Assembly (NCBI GenBank): GCA_963664295.1
Contig: OY760935.1
Coordinates: 896,001-960,000 of the forward strand
Length of the DNA stretch: 64,000 bases
Direction: 5' to 3'
Source of the DNA: Candidatus Altimarinota bacterium
GTDB taxonomy: Bacteria > Patescibacteriota > Gracilibacteria > CAIRYL01 > GCA-016699755
The notes below the pieces were generated by a model, which was given only the letters and a program-made list of their open reading frames with translations, searched no databases and was not told the DNA's origin. This document shows, piece after piece, positions 18,438-28,441 of the stretch; the stretch's first letter is position 1; each line of letters starts with the position of its first letter. The translations under genes and the position numbers were made by a program.

Positions 18438-20927
18438 TTATTTCTTTTTTCGTTTAGCAATTATAATGATTGCCAATAAAAGCACACAGAACCCTGATGC
18501 AATTGCAATAATCATGTATTGATCTTCTGTTATGTTTAATGATGTTGTGTTTTCTGTTATTGCATCACCTTTTAGCTCTGCTTTTTCTTCTTCTGTAATA
18601 AATCCTGCTACCTCTGGTTCTAATTCTTCAATTTTTGCTTTTGTCTCTTGTATATCTTGATCAAGATTTTCTACTATTGTTTTTAATTCTTCGTTATCTG
18701 GTTCTAATTCCAGCATTAAATCTCCTATTTCTTTTAAGTCTGCAAAAATTCCGTAAGTTCCAGCTGTTGCATAGTATTCACTTAATTTTTCTGCATCTGC
18801 AATTTCGTCTGCCAATGCAACAGGAAGAACAAATGAAGAGCTTGCCACTTTGTGATTATATGGTTCTCCCATAGCAATACCAACTGCCTTATTTACGCTT
18901 TGGGTCACCTCTCTTGTTAATACTCCGTAGGTTTCAAACCATGTATAAATTACTTTATTGTTAAAATAAGCAGCTTTTGCTATGTCATAAACTTTTTGCG
19001 CACCTTCTACTAATTTTCCATAAGCTGTTGTGTAGCTAATTGCATTACCAATTGTATCAAAACCAAATTGTACATAGGCTTTTGTCATTGTTGTGTTGTA
19101 TTCAATTTCGTGTGCTTCAAGATATTTATCCATCAATTCAACAAAATTATCTTTTGCTATTCCAAGTTCGGTGCCACCAAAAGCTGGATCAAAGTTGTTT
19201 GTTGTTATCTGTGAGGCAATAGTTGCCAACATTGCGTTTGCTTCTGTTTTGTACTGATCCATAAAGTATTCTGTCACTTTTTTCTCAACTGAAAGAGCTC
19301 CTTTTAAAGCATCTTCTCCTGGATTTTTAACATTTGTTTCATGCAAACTTTCTGCGTCAGGAATAATGCTAGTAAACATGCCTACTAAAGCATCTGCGTC
19401 AAAACTTGGAGCATAGGTTTTGATTGCACCTTTGAGCATATTGCTTAATTTGCCAACAAATTTTCCTGAGAAAGCACTTAATTTTTCAGTCACTTTTTTA
19501 ACAGCTTCTTTGTTTGCGTATTTGCCTTTTAATCCACTGGAAATTTTGTCAGTCAAAGCTGTGATTGGATCTAAAAGACTAATTACATCACCAATTTGGG
19601 TATCAATTGCTTTTCCTATATTTGCGGCTGCATCATCAGCAAGCTCGCCACCTTTACTAATAAAGAAACAGGCATAAGCTGTTCTGCGTAAACCAGAAAT
19701 TGCTTTAGCTGCCTCATCGTCATCTTCTGTTTTTGCTAATTTTTCTGCGAAATTATTAATAAATTCACTTACTGTTGCATTGCCTGCATTTATTGGAGCT
19801 GAACTAGCTGTGCCGTAGTGATCCTGAGCGTCTTTTTGGTATTTTTTTACTTCCTCTGTTAACTCAAGAACTACTTCCACTTCTGTCACTTCATCACCAT
19901 CAGGAGCGTCATCTTTTTCTAGCTCTGCTACACCTTCTGCGTTTGTTTTTTCACCAACTATTTCACCTTGTATTAAAACTGTTGCTCCTTGCACTGGCAC
20001 CTTTGTTCCTCCTGATTCAGTGACAACTTTTACATTTGCATTTTTTGAAGCAAAAACAACAACATCATCGTTTTCTACGAAGCCTTTTTTGTTTACTATA
20101 AAAGGATCGCCAACCGCAAGGGCAATTGGAAATGTTGTATAAGCTTTTTCTTCTTCTGAATTTATATAAAAAACTGCTAAAAAATCTTCTGATTTTATTG
20201 TGTTCTCATTTCTTAGATCTGGAGTTTTATATTTTACTGTATAACCATTTTTTTCGTCTCCTTCTGTGCTTATTATTGTGCCTGCTGTATAGCCCATTGA
20301 GCTATTTACTTTAAATTCTTCCACTTTTTTTGACCCACCTGATTCAGCATCAAGTAGTGTGACTTTAAATTCTACTTCTGTTTGTCCATCTGCAAAAAGT
20401 GGCAAAACTTCTTCGTACTCTACTTTTAACTCTACTTCTGGAACTTCTATACAAGCACGCTCTGCTTTGTCCCACCTAAAATATTTTGGGCAAAAACAGC
20501 CATTATCATCACTATACATAACACGCAAATCACCTGAACAAAGATTTTCAATATGTTCACAACGTTTTTCATCAACCAAAACATGAGGCCTATTACAAAT
20601 AACACAACCATCTGCGGCTGTGTCCCAATAGGCATTGTCTCTATTGTTGATACAAACATCCCATTCTGATTTTCTGCATCTATCAACATATTGGTTATAT
20701 AGCCCTACCACATAATTAGTTGCTGTACTTTGATCCATGCCAACTGAATCACAATAAGATTCAATATTATGCCAAGCACACTTACAATACTGGAAAGCAA
20801 TCTGCTTACCACAAAAATCGTTTTTTATATCTGGAATTTGAAACTTGTAAAACTCAACTTCTGCCTTTGCTGTAAAGGTTGAGCAAAAGAAAAATGAAAT
20901 TAATATTAAATTTTTTAGAATTTTCAT
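18438..20927 (-). CDS. Large exported, C-terminally anchored Cys-rich surface protein
   Basis: Signal peptide (TAKA), Cys-rich N-terminus, Ig-like ADG segment, long helical region, C-terminal TM plus KRKKK. Confidence 0.75.
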   Translation of the reverse strand: MKILKNLILISFFFCSTFTAKAEVEFYKFQIPDIKNDFCGKQIAFQYCKCAWHNIESYCDSVGMDQSTATNYVVGLYNQYVDRCRKSEWDVCINNRDNAYWDTAADGCVICNRPHVLVDEKRCEHIENLCSGDLRVMYSDDNGCFCPKYFRWDKAERACIEVPEVELKVEYEEVLPLFADGQTEVEFKVTLLDAESGGSKKVEEFKVNSSMGYTAGTIISTEGDEKNGYTVKYKTPDLRNENTIKSEDFLAVFYINSEEEKAYTTFPIALAVGDPFIVNKKGFVENDDVVVFASKNANVKVVTESGGTKVPVQGATVLIQGEIVGEKTNAEGVAELEKDDAPDGDEVTEVEVVLELTEEVKKYQKDAQDHYGTASSAPINAGNATVSEFINNFAEKLAKTEDDDEAAKAISGLRRTAYACFFISKGGELADDAAANIGKAIDTQIGDVISLLDPITALTDKISSGLKGKYANKEAVKKVTEKLSAFSGKFVGKLSNMLKGAIKTYAPSFDADALVGMFTSIIPDAESLHETNVKNPGEDALKGALSVEKKVTEYFMDQYKTEANAMLATIASQITTNNFDPAFGGTELGIAKDNFVELMDKYLEAHEIEYNTTMTKAYVQFGFDTIGNAISYTTAYGKLVEGAQKVYDIAKAAYFNNKVIYTWFETYGVLTREVTQSVNKAVGIAMGEPYNHKVASSSFVLPVALADEIADAEKLSEYYATAGTYGIFADLKEIGDLMLELEPDNEELKTIVENLDQDIQETKAKIEELEPEVAGFITEEEKAELKGDAITENTTSLNITEDQYMIIAIASGFCVLLLAIIIIAKRKKK

Positions 20928-20998
20928 TTGTAAAAACAATAAAATTAAACATATTATAGACCTTGTCTTGATTATTGTAAAAATTATTTTAAAACCCT

Positions 20999-23254
20999 AT
21001 GAAAAATTTTCTTCGTTTTACTTTGGCAATTTGTCTTTTTGCTTTATCAATCAATTTGGTAAATGCTGAAGACAAGATATTGTCCGCAACAGTTAGAATT
21101 ATTTCTTTCTCTCTTACGGAAAATAATCATGTAATTGAAAAATCCATTGCCTCTGGTACGGTTATTTCCAGAGATGGCCTAATTTTGACCAATCATCATG
21201 TTGTCACAGATCAATATGATGAAAATTATGATGCTTTTGCTATCTGTTTGGTTTTTGATGAACAAGAAAAACCTGAATGTATTTATACTGCAAACCTAAT
21301 TGCAAAAGATAAAAGCCTTGATATTGCTCTCTTGCAAGTTAATGAACGGGATATTTATGGTGAATTTATTGCTCTAATGCCTCATTTAACATATAAAGAC
21401 GCAAAATTACCTAATGTTAGTGATGATCTAGAAATTGTTGGTTTTCCTGGCATTGGTGGCGATACAATTACAAAAACAGAAGGGCAAGTTAGTGGTTTTG
21501 ATGACAAAGAAGGCATAAAACAAATTAAAACTGATGCTGTTATTAGTACTGGTAACTCTGGCGGTACTGCTATTTGTAATGGTGAATTTATTGGTGTTCC
21601 TTCTTATTTAAAATCTTATTACAGCACTTTGGGTTATGTTGTGCCTTTGACAGAAATTAACCCTTGGTTGAAAAAAAATATCAACAAAGATCCTCAAAAA
21701 GACCAATTTGTTAATGATTTATTAGAAACATTACTTGTCCAAAAACATCAAGCTGAAAAAAATCGTAAACACACTTCAGTTCTTTTTCCTTTCTATGAAA
21801 TAGAAATACCAGAACCTTGGAAAATTGATTTTATCAATGATGCTAATTTGGAATTTTATAACACTGTACAAGGTGCTGAAATTGGCATGAGCATAGCTGT
21901 AAACAATGCTTCTTTTGAGATTAATGATGATTTTATTGATTTTATTTTGAAAAAAATTGAAAAAAATTATCATCGCTATACAAATTACAAAAGAGAAGAA
22001 TATGAGCTTGATGGCAAAGACGGCCTCATGATTACTTATGATTCTGGCAATGACAGATATTATTACATCATGATCAATATTGATAATGCTATTTTGAATA
22101 TCACCTATAATATTTCTCTTGAAAACAAAGAAGAAACAGAAGAAGCAATAGCTGAGATATTAAATAGTTTTAAATTTGTTGACGGTGAAAATAATTTAAG
22201 CAAAGACACTCAATTTTATGAACAAACTAATCCTGATGTAAGCCTAAAAACTTTTGGCGATATTTTTGTAAGCCCTATTTATGACAGCACTATTGAAAAT
22301 GTAGTTGTTTACTTTGAAAACCCTCAGTCTTTTGAACAAGCTGCTTATCTTGCTTATTATCATTTAAGTAAGGATTACTGGGACTTAACAAAAGAAGAAA
22401 TTCTTGAAAAAGAAATTAAATATCAATACGGAAAACTATTAAACAAATACGATGATATTGTTATTGATGGACTAGAAGGTTTTGCTTATACACACAGCTT
22501 TAAAGGTGATGATTTTAATCAAACACGCAAAAGAACTGTTGTTAATGTGTTTACGGATAAAAAATATTTTGAATTTGTTTATGAAGACTTAGAAGAAAAT
22601 TATAATAAAAACATTGATGACTTCCTAAGAACTCTTGAATCTTTTGAATATGACGGAGAAGAGAACTTAGAAAATAAAGGTGAATACAATATTCCTAAGT
22701 TCAAAACTTATTATGAAGATATCAATAATTATATTTATGAAGAAAAAATCAATGCTCTTGCTAGTAAAAATATTCTACAAATTGAAGGCAGATATTACTA
22801 TCCAGAATATAAAGTTTATCGTATGGATGCATTGAAAACTATTATAAATAGTAAAATTTTTATTGATGACGGCAGAAAATCAACTGAAACAGAGGACGCA
22901 ATCAGTAATGAAAACACAACATCTGTTTTTACAGATATAGTAAGTCCGAGGGAGCATCAAATATTAAATTACGCTCTTAAGAATGGCATTATTTCATCTG
23001 CAGACAAGTTTAGACCAAATACAGGATTAACACTGGCCGAAGCTTTAAAAATGCTTTGCAAAGCCTATGAGCTACCTGTCTGGGATCCTCCTTATAAAAA
23101 TCAAATAGAATGGTATCTTCCTTATCTTTATAAAGCGCACGACCTTGGCGTTATTCCTTTTGGGGTTGAGCATGATGATGTTCTAACTCGCGGTCAATTT
23201 GCCTATCTGATTTATAGATTTGTGAGTACTGTGGGCGAAAGAAGTGATATTTAA
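20999..23254 (+). CDS. Exported trypsin-like serine protease with C-terminal SLH domains
   Basis: LTNHHV / DIALL / GNSGG triad; SLH-like motifs VYRMDAL, LTLAEALKML, LTRGQFA. Confidence 0.88.
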   Translation: MKNFLRFTLAICLFALSINLVNAEDKILSATVRIISFSLTENNHVIEKSIASGTVISRDGLILTNHHVVTDQYDENYDAFAICLVFDEQEKPECIYTANLIAKDKSLDIALLQVNERDIYGEFIALMPHLTYKDAKLPNVSDDLEIVGFPGIGGDTITKTEGQVSGFDDKEGIKQIKTDAVISTGNSGGTAICNGEFIGVPSYLKSYYSTLGYVVPLTEINPWLKKNINKDPQKDQFVNDLLETLLVQKHQAEKNRKHTSVLFPFYEIEIPEPWKIDFINDANLEFYNTVQGAEIGMSIAVNNASFEINDDFIDFILKKIEKNYHRYTNYKREEYELDGKDGLMITYDSGNDRYYYIMINIDNAILNITYNISLENKEETEEAIAEILNSFKFVDGENNLSKDTQFYEQTNPDVSLKTFGDIFVSPIYDSTIENVVVYFENPQSFEQAAYLAYYHLSKDYWDLTKEEILEKEIKYQYGKLLNKYDDIVIDGLEGFAYTHSFKGDDFNQTRKRTVVNVFTDKKYFEFVYEDLEENYNKNIDDFLRTLESFEYDGEENLENKGEYNIPKFKTYYEDINNYIYEEKINALASKNILQIEGRYYYPEYKVYRMDALKTIINSKIFIDDGRKSTETEDAISNENTTSVFTDIVSPREHQILNYALKNGIISSADKFRPNTGLTLAEALKMLCKAYELPVWDPPYKNQIEWYLPYLYKAHDLGVIPFGVEHDDVLTRGQFAYLIYRFVSTVGERSDI

Positions 23255-23273
23255 AAATTTTAATTAGTACAAA

Positions 23274-23308
23274 AAAATAAGCCGAGCATATTTTGCTCGG
23301 CTTATTTT
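23274..23308. terminator. Bidirectional terminator
   Basis: AAAATAAGCCGAGCA-TATTT-TGCTCGGCTTATTTT between convergent genes. Confidence 0.9.
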
Positions 23309-23326
23309 AGTCTGTGGGGAATAGAA

Positions 23327-25219
23327 TTAGAATGTTGGTAAAGCTGTGTAGATTACGTTAGCTGAGTAGATACCAGCAACTGTTTGGTAGTCAACGTATA
23401 GAATGTAGTAGATTGTGTGATCTTGTGAGTTTGTGTTTGATGCAAAACCTACACCACTTGCTGTACCGTTGTATAGTGATAGATCTGATGATGAAGCTTG
23501 GAATGTTCCTGTTCCATTTGCTGACTCAATGTCTGATTTTAGACCTGCTTTGTCTTTTGTTTCATCATCGTTATAAGCTACATAACTGAATGTGTTTGGA
23601 GTGTATGATGCACCATCGTAAACACTACCTGTGTTGATGTTGTGTGTACCGTTTTTTAGAGTAGCGTTAGTATCTGAGTCTTGAAGTTGTGCTTGGATTT
23701 TATAACCATTAGCAGCATTAGTTTTAACGTTAAGTAGTGTTTTTTGAGAATAGTCTTCACCGTTATTAACAGAAGGATCAACATTTAGGTTAACACTAGT
23801 GTCATCAAGAGTCATAATTAGAGCTTCTTGAACTGTGGCTGTGATGGTGACAGTTGAATCTGTAATAAGCGCATATCCAATACCTGTACCAATTGTAGTA
23901 CCTTCATCATCTTTGCTCATAATTTGAATGCCATATTGACCTGCTAAAGAAGGATTTTGATCAATTACATTTGTTGTAAGAGAAAGAACAATTTCGCTAT
24001 TAGCTGCTATTGTGCTAGGAGCAACAATAGTCAGAACTTTGCTTGTTAAATCAGCTGTCACTACTGTAAGAGTTGAGCCATCATCTGTAAGAGTAAGCTC
24101 ACCAGTAGCATCGGCAATATCGCCCATTGTGAATTCTTCTGGGAAAGTCACTACGATTTCACCACCAGCTGGAATATCAGCACCATTTGTAAATTCAAAT
24201 ACAGATGAAACAGCTGTTGCATCCATTGCAGTATTAGATAATGTAACATCTGTCACATTGATAGCATCAGAAGCTAAAGTAGCTTCAATTGTCGCAGTTG
24301 GACTCGCTGTGTCTTGAAGTGTGTAAGTACCTTCTGATTCATTGTAGTAATTAACATCAAATGTATATGTGCTAGCTGTAGCTGGGTTATTGTCAATGAT
24401 TGTGTTGTCTAACACAACATGTAAGCTGTTGTTTTGTGCAACAGCAGATGTGAAGTCAATTGTCATTGTCATAGTACCTGCATTATCTGCAACAGCTACT
24501 GAGTCAAGAGCAACTTCATCAAGTCCATTAAAAACAGTAGTGTTAGAAGATGCATCAGCAACAGCGCCTACTGTAAACTCAGAAGGAAATTCGATTTCTA
24601 ATCTTCGAGTAGTACTGGTAGCTGTATTGTTGAAATAAAAATCTGATCCAACAGAAGCAGAATTTGTGTAGTAATTGCTTAATGCCATTTGTGGATAAGC
24701 ACCCAAAATTGTAACATCAGCACTACCTGTTGATTCATCTGAACCATTATCACCCTGATCAATAGCAAAGCTTATTGTTTGATCACCAGCTGAAGAAGGA
24801 TTTGTGTCTATGATTGTAGTATCACAAACAACTTCTACTTCAGCACCAATAGCGATTGATGGATTAGGATCACCTGAACCAAGAACAATAGTAAGAACAT
24901 TGCTAGTCAGATCAGCACTAGAAATTGCTGTCACTTCTGAGCCATCATCATACAATGTACAAGCACCAGTAGCATCAGCCACATCACCTGCTGTAAAGGC
25001 ACCAGGAAGAGTAATTTTAATAGCATCTCCTGTTGTTGCTGTCACGTCAGTCGTGAAGGTAAATTTTGATGCAACTGCTGTTGCACTAGTAGCATAGCTA
25101 CCAAGTTCAACTGCTCCGTTCGTTAGAGCGGCTTTTGCGCCAGGTACGACAAGCACAGTTGCTAAAAGTGCAACAGTGGCAAAAAGCGTACTTAGCTTTC
25201 TGAAAATTTTGTTTTTCAT
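23327..25219 (-). CDS. Acidic Ala/Thr/Ser-rich secreted beta-sandwich repeat protein (candidate major surface protein)
   Basis: Signal peptide (GAKA); three ~140-aa internal repeats (e.g. TIIDTNPSSAG / TIIDNNPATAS / NVIDQNPSLAG); distinct C-terminal domain. Confidence 0.75.
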   Translation of the reverse strand: MKNKIFRKLSTLFATVALLATVLVVPGAKAALTNGAVELGSYATSATAVASKFTFTTDVTATTGDAIKITLPGAFTAGDVADATGACTLYDDGSEVTAISSADLTSNVLTIVLGSGDPNPSIAIGAEVEVVCDTTIIDTNPSSAGDQTISFAIDQGDNGSDESTGSADVTILGAYPQMALSNYYTNSASVGSDFYFNNTATSTTRRLEIEFPSEFTVGAVADASSNTTVFNGLDEVALDSVAVADNAGTMTMTIDFTSAVAQNNSLHVVLDNTIIDNNPATASTYTFDVNYYNESEGTYTLQDTASPTATIEATLASDAINVTDVTLSNTAMDATAVSSVFEFTNGADIPAGGEIVVTFPEEFTMGDIADATGELTLTDDGSTLTVVTADLTSKVLTIVAPSTIAANSEIVLSLTTNVIDQNPSLAGQYGIQIMSKDDEGTTIGTGIGYALITDSTVTITATVQEALIMTLDDTSVNLNVDPSVNNGEDYSQKTLLNVKTNAANGYKIQAQLQDSDTNATLKNGTHNINTGSVYDGASYTPNTFSYVAYNDDETKDKAGLKSDIESANGTGTFQASSSDLSLYNGTASGVGFASNTNSQDHTIYYILYVDYQTVAGIYSANVIYTALPTF

Positions 25220-25245
25220 TTTTATTTTATTAAAAAATCATAATA

Positions 25246-25274
25246 ATTATACAATATAAAAATATAAATGTCAA
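25246..25274 (-). promoter_or_regulatory. Perfect consensus sigma70 promoter
   Basis: TTGACA-N17-TATAAT on the minus strand, 26 nt upstream of ATG 25219. Confidence 0.85.
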
Positions 25275-25282
25275 ATATAATT

Positions 25283-25861
25283 TTAATTTAATAAATCAAC
25301 TTTTCCTGTTTCAAGATCATAAAAAGCACCCTGGATCATAACTTCACCTGAATTTAATACCTTGTTTAGGACTGGCTTTGTGTTTTTTAGGGTATCTATT
25401 AAAATTCTTACATTTTCTTTAATGGCATTATCAAGTAAATCTCCTTCTTTTACTTTTGCTTTAATAACAGCAGACCTTGCTGTTTCAACCAAAGCAGAAA
25501 GATGGTGGTGTTCATCATCTCCTCCCATTGCGGCTGCAAAAACGCCACAATGAGAATGACCAAGTACTACTATTAATTTTATATCAAGATGTTCAACTGC
25601 ATATTCAATACTGCCAACACAGACATTATCAACTGTGTTTCCTGCCACACGCACAACAAATAAATCACCAAGACCTTGGTCAAAAATAATTTCCGGCACA
25701 ATGCGAGAATCAGAACAGCCAATAACCAAAGCAAAAGGAGTTTGTTTCGGGCTTATTTCTTTTACTCTTTCTGGAGAATGATTGGGTTTAATTGAATTAC
25801 CTTCAAAAAAACGCTGATTTCCTTCGAGAAGTCGCTGAAGGGCTTCTTTGGCTGAGATCAT
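25283..25861 (-). CDS. Beta-class carbonic anhydrase
   Basis: GCSDSR, VRVAGN, GHSHCG zinc ligands. Confidence 0.96.
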   Translation of the reverse strand: MISAKEALQRLLEGNQRFFEGNSIKPNHSPERVKEISPKQTPFALVIGCSDSRIVPEIIFDQGLGDLFVVRVAGNTVDNVCVGSIEYAVEHLDIKLIVVLGHSHCGVFAAAMGGDDEHHHLSALVETARSAVIKAKVKEGDLLDNAIKENVRILIDTLKNTKPVLNKVLNSGEVMIQGAFYDLETGKVDLLN

Positions 25862-25905
25862 CTAAATAAATAAAATCAAAATGATTTTATCAAAAAATAC
25901 TAATC

Positions 25906-26463
25906 TCAAAAAGGATATTTAGCAGGAGTCAATTCTTTACTAAAAATTTCCTGCCTACTTAGTGAAGCAAATAAAATTTCTCTTATTTTTTCAGCAATAT
26001 CAATAAGTTGATCAGCCAACTTATTTATCTTTTTTTCAAGCTTACTGTCGCAAAAATGCGTAATGCAAACAATTGGCCTTCTTGCTTCTTGAATAAGACA
26101 ACCGATTTGCGGATCCAAAAAACAACAATAAGGACATTTTTCAGATTGATCTTCTATTAGTCTCATTATTTTTTCTTCTTCTGCTTGAGAAATTTCAAAA
26201 AGCATAATTGCAAGATCAACCTTATGTATTAGAAATTCTTGTGTTTCAATTTCACAACAAGCACCCTGACAGTTAATACATTTCTTTTGATGATTACCTT
26301 CTTTTGCAATTTGGGCTATTTGTTTTTCTATTGTTTCAACTTCTTGCATTATTGCTCTCATTTGCATGTTTTCTGAAAACGAAAAACCACTTATTGCTTT
26401 TTTAACAACTTCTGCCTTTTTTGCCACATTTGATTTATCGCACTTTGTAAAGCCTAAAAACAC
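25906..26463 (-). CDS. YkgJ-like CxxCxxCC cysteine-cluster protein, paralog 1 (start uncertain)
   Basis: CINCQGACC...YCCFLDPQIGCLI..RRPIVCITHFC. Confidence 0.75.
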   Translation of the reverse strand: MFLGFTKCDKSNVAKKAEVVKKAISGFSFSENMQMRAIMQEVETIEKQIAQIAKEGNHQKKCINCQGACCEIETQEFLIHKVDLAIMLFEISQAEEEKIMRLIEDQSEKCPYCCFLDPQIGCLIQEARRPIVCITHFCDSKLEKKINKLADQLIDIAEKIREILFASLSRQEIFSKELTPAKYPF

Positions 26464-26522
26464 ACTTTTTTTTAAAAGGAAGATATCCTAACAGAAAAAC
26501 AAAATTTTGCAACAATTATATC

Positions 26523-26627
26523 TTAAGTAAGCTCTAGTTTTCTGTGATATACGTTTTCTAAAATATTACTAATTTTCATGTAGGCTTCACTGAGCATGCT
26601 TGCTAAATGGCTAGCTTTATCTGCCAA
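26523..26627 (-). pseudogene. C-terminal remnant of a third YkgJ-like paralog
   Basis: Translates LADKASHLASMLSEAYMKISNILENVYHRKLELT*; 11/24 identical by hand to the C-terminal helix of 26637..27128. Confidence 0.6.
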
Positions 26628-26636
26628 ATAAAAAAA

Positions 26637-27128
26637 CTACCTCCCCTCAAGGATTAATAAAATATCTATATAGATCGCTCTCAACTTACTTACTAAAACA
26701 GATGTTATATCAACAAGATCGGTTGTGCAAAAAAATGTTTTACAGACTAATGGCCTGCGCACATCAGAGATAATACAGCCAATTTGCGGATCTAAAAAAC
26801 AACAATATTCTTGTTTTGGATCAAATTCCTCAATAGTAGTAAGAATTTTTTCCTTTTCCACAATGCTAATCTCAAACAAAACCACATAAAGATCAGCTAT
26901 GTCTATATGGCTTTCTGGCATTCTTGCAACACAACAAGACTCTTTGCAAATAGTGCATTTTTCTTGAAGACCAAAATTTAGCATGATTTCATTTATGCGT
27001 TTTTGTATGCTTTCAATTTCTTCTAACAACTTACTGAGCTCTTCTTTTTTTTCTTTAGACAATCTTTTTTCCGCTTGCTTTAAGGTATTAAGATTAATTT
27101 TTATGTTTGAACTTAATGCTTCAGACAT
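26637..27128 (-). CDS. YkgJ-like CxxCxxCC cysteine-cluster protein, paralog 2
   Basis: CTICKESCC...YCCFLDPQIGCII..RRPLVCKTFFC. Confidence 0.78.
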   Translation of the reverse strand: MSEALSSNIKINLNTLKQAEKRLSKEKKEELSKLLEEIESIQKRINEIMLNFGLQEKCTICKESCCVARMPESHIDIADLYVVLFEISIVEKEKILTTIEEFDPKQEYCCFLDPQIGCIISDVRRPLVCKTFFCTTDLVDITSVLVSKLRAIYIDILLILEGR

Positions 27129-27187
27129 TGCAATAACATAATGGTCATATACTGTACCACAAAAATATATATTTACAAGATGTTAAA

Positions 27188-28441
27188 CTATGTGCTTCTT
27201 AGCGCAACAATTGGATCCATTTTTGCTGCTTTTTTTGCTGGAGCATAGCCAAAAACAATACCCAAAAACACTGAAATACCAAAAGCCAGCTCAATACTAT
27301 TTGCTTGTAAAATAAACGGCCACTCAAAACCTAAAACACCGGCCACAAAACTAACTAACCAAGAAATACCTATGCCAATTAAGGCTCCTACAATTCCTCC
27401 AATCACTGAAACCACTACTGCTTCTGCTAAAAATTGAAAACGAATTGCAAATGGTTTTGCTCCAACTGCTTTTTTCAACCCTATCTCTTTTGTGCGCTCT
27501 GTGACAGCCACATACATAACATTCATAATTCCCACGCCACCAACTACTAAAGAAATAAATGCAATAGAAAGCAAAAGCAAAGATATGCCATATGTGACAG
27601 TATCTATAATTTCCATGGATTCTTCCATAGTTTGTACTGTGAAATCATCTTTTTCTGGATCACGAATATTATGACTTCTTCTTAATTTTCTTTCGATTAA
27701 ACTTACTGTTTGGGAAGTAAGGCGAGTATCTTCAAGTTTTACCATTATGTTTGTCACATAATCTGTACCTAAGATTTTTTTCTGGGCAGTTCGCACAGGA
27801 AGATAAATCATGTCGTCCATGTCCATAAAAAACTGCATACCTCGCTCTTCCATTATTCCTATTACTTTAAAATTTTGTTGTTTTATTTTTACTTGTTGAC
27901 CAATTGCATTCATACCACCAAATAGATCCTCTTTTATTCCTTTTCCTAAGATTACAACTTGTTGCAGTGCTTTATCTTCCTTTTCTGTAAAAAATCTTCC
28001 TTCTTCAATTGTTACATTTTCCATTGCTGGATATTCGTAGGTACTTGCCCAAAAAATTGATGTTTTTTCTTTATTTTTATAGATTATTTTTTCTTGCCCC
28101 ATACTCAAAGCATAGGTTTCTTGAACATTAAAAATATCTTTTATATCTTCAGAGTCTTGTATTTTCATTGTTGTCACCTGCACTCCACTTGCTAATGCTG
28201 TTGCTGTATTTGCATCTTTTTCTCTTTTGCTACCACTGGTGGGCACACGCACTTCAACATAGACCATATCTGCTGTCACTGTTGAAAGTTGCTTCAAAAC
28301 AAAAGCCCGAATACCAGCTCCCACAGACAAAACAATAATTACAATCGCAGTTCCCACAATAATACCTAAAGCAGTAAGAATTGATCTTAATTTATTTTCT
28401 TTTAAGGCCCGCAATGACATCTTAAAAACTCCCAAGTACAT
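27188..28441 (-). CDS. MacB/FtsX-family ABC transporter permease
   Basis: RSILTALGIIVG, EGRFFT, VGGVGIMNVM, ERTKEIGLKKAVGA. Confidence 0.95.
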   Translation of the reverse strand: MYLGVFKMSLRALKENKLRSILTALGIIVGTAIVIIVLSVGAGIRAFVLKQLSTVTADMVYVEVRVPTSGSKREKDANTATALASGVQVTTMKIQDSEDIKDIFNVQETYALSMGQEKIIYKNKEKTSIFWASTYEYPAMENVTIEEGRFFTEKEDKALQQVVILGKGIKEDLFGGMNAIGQQVKIKQQNFKVIGIMEERGMQFFMDMDDMIYLPVRTAQKKILGTDYVTNIMVKLEDTRLTSQTVSLIERKLRRSHNIRDPEKDDFTVQTMEESMEIIDTVTYGISLLLLSIAFISLVVGGVGIMNVMYVAVTERTKEIGLKKAVGAKPFAIRFQFLAEAVVVSVIGGIVGALIGIGISWLVSFVAGVLGFEWPFILQANSIELAFGISVFLGIVFGYAPAKKAAKMDPIVALRST

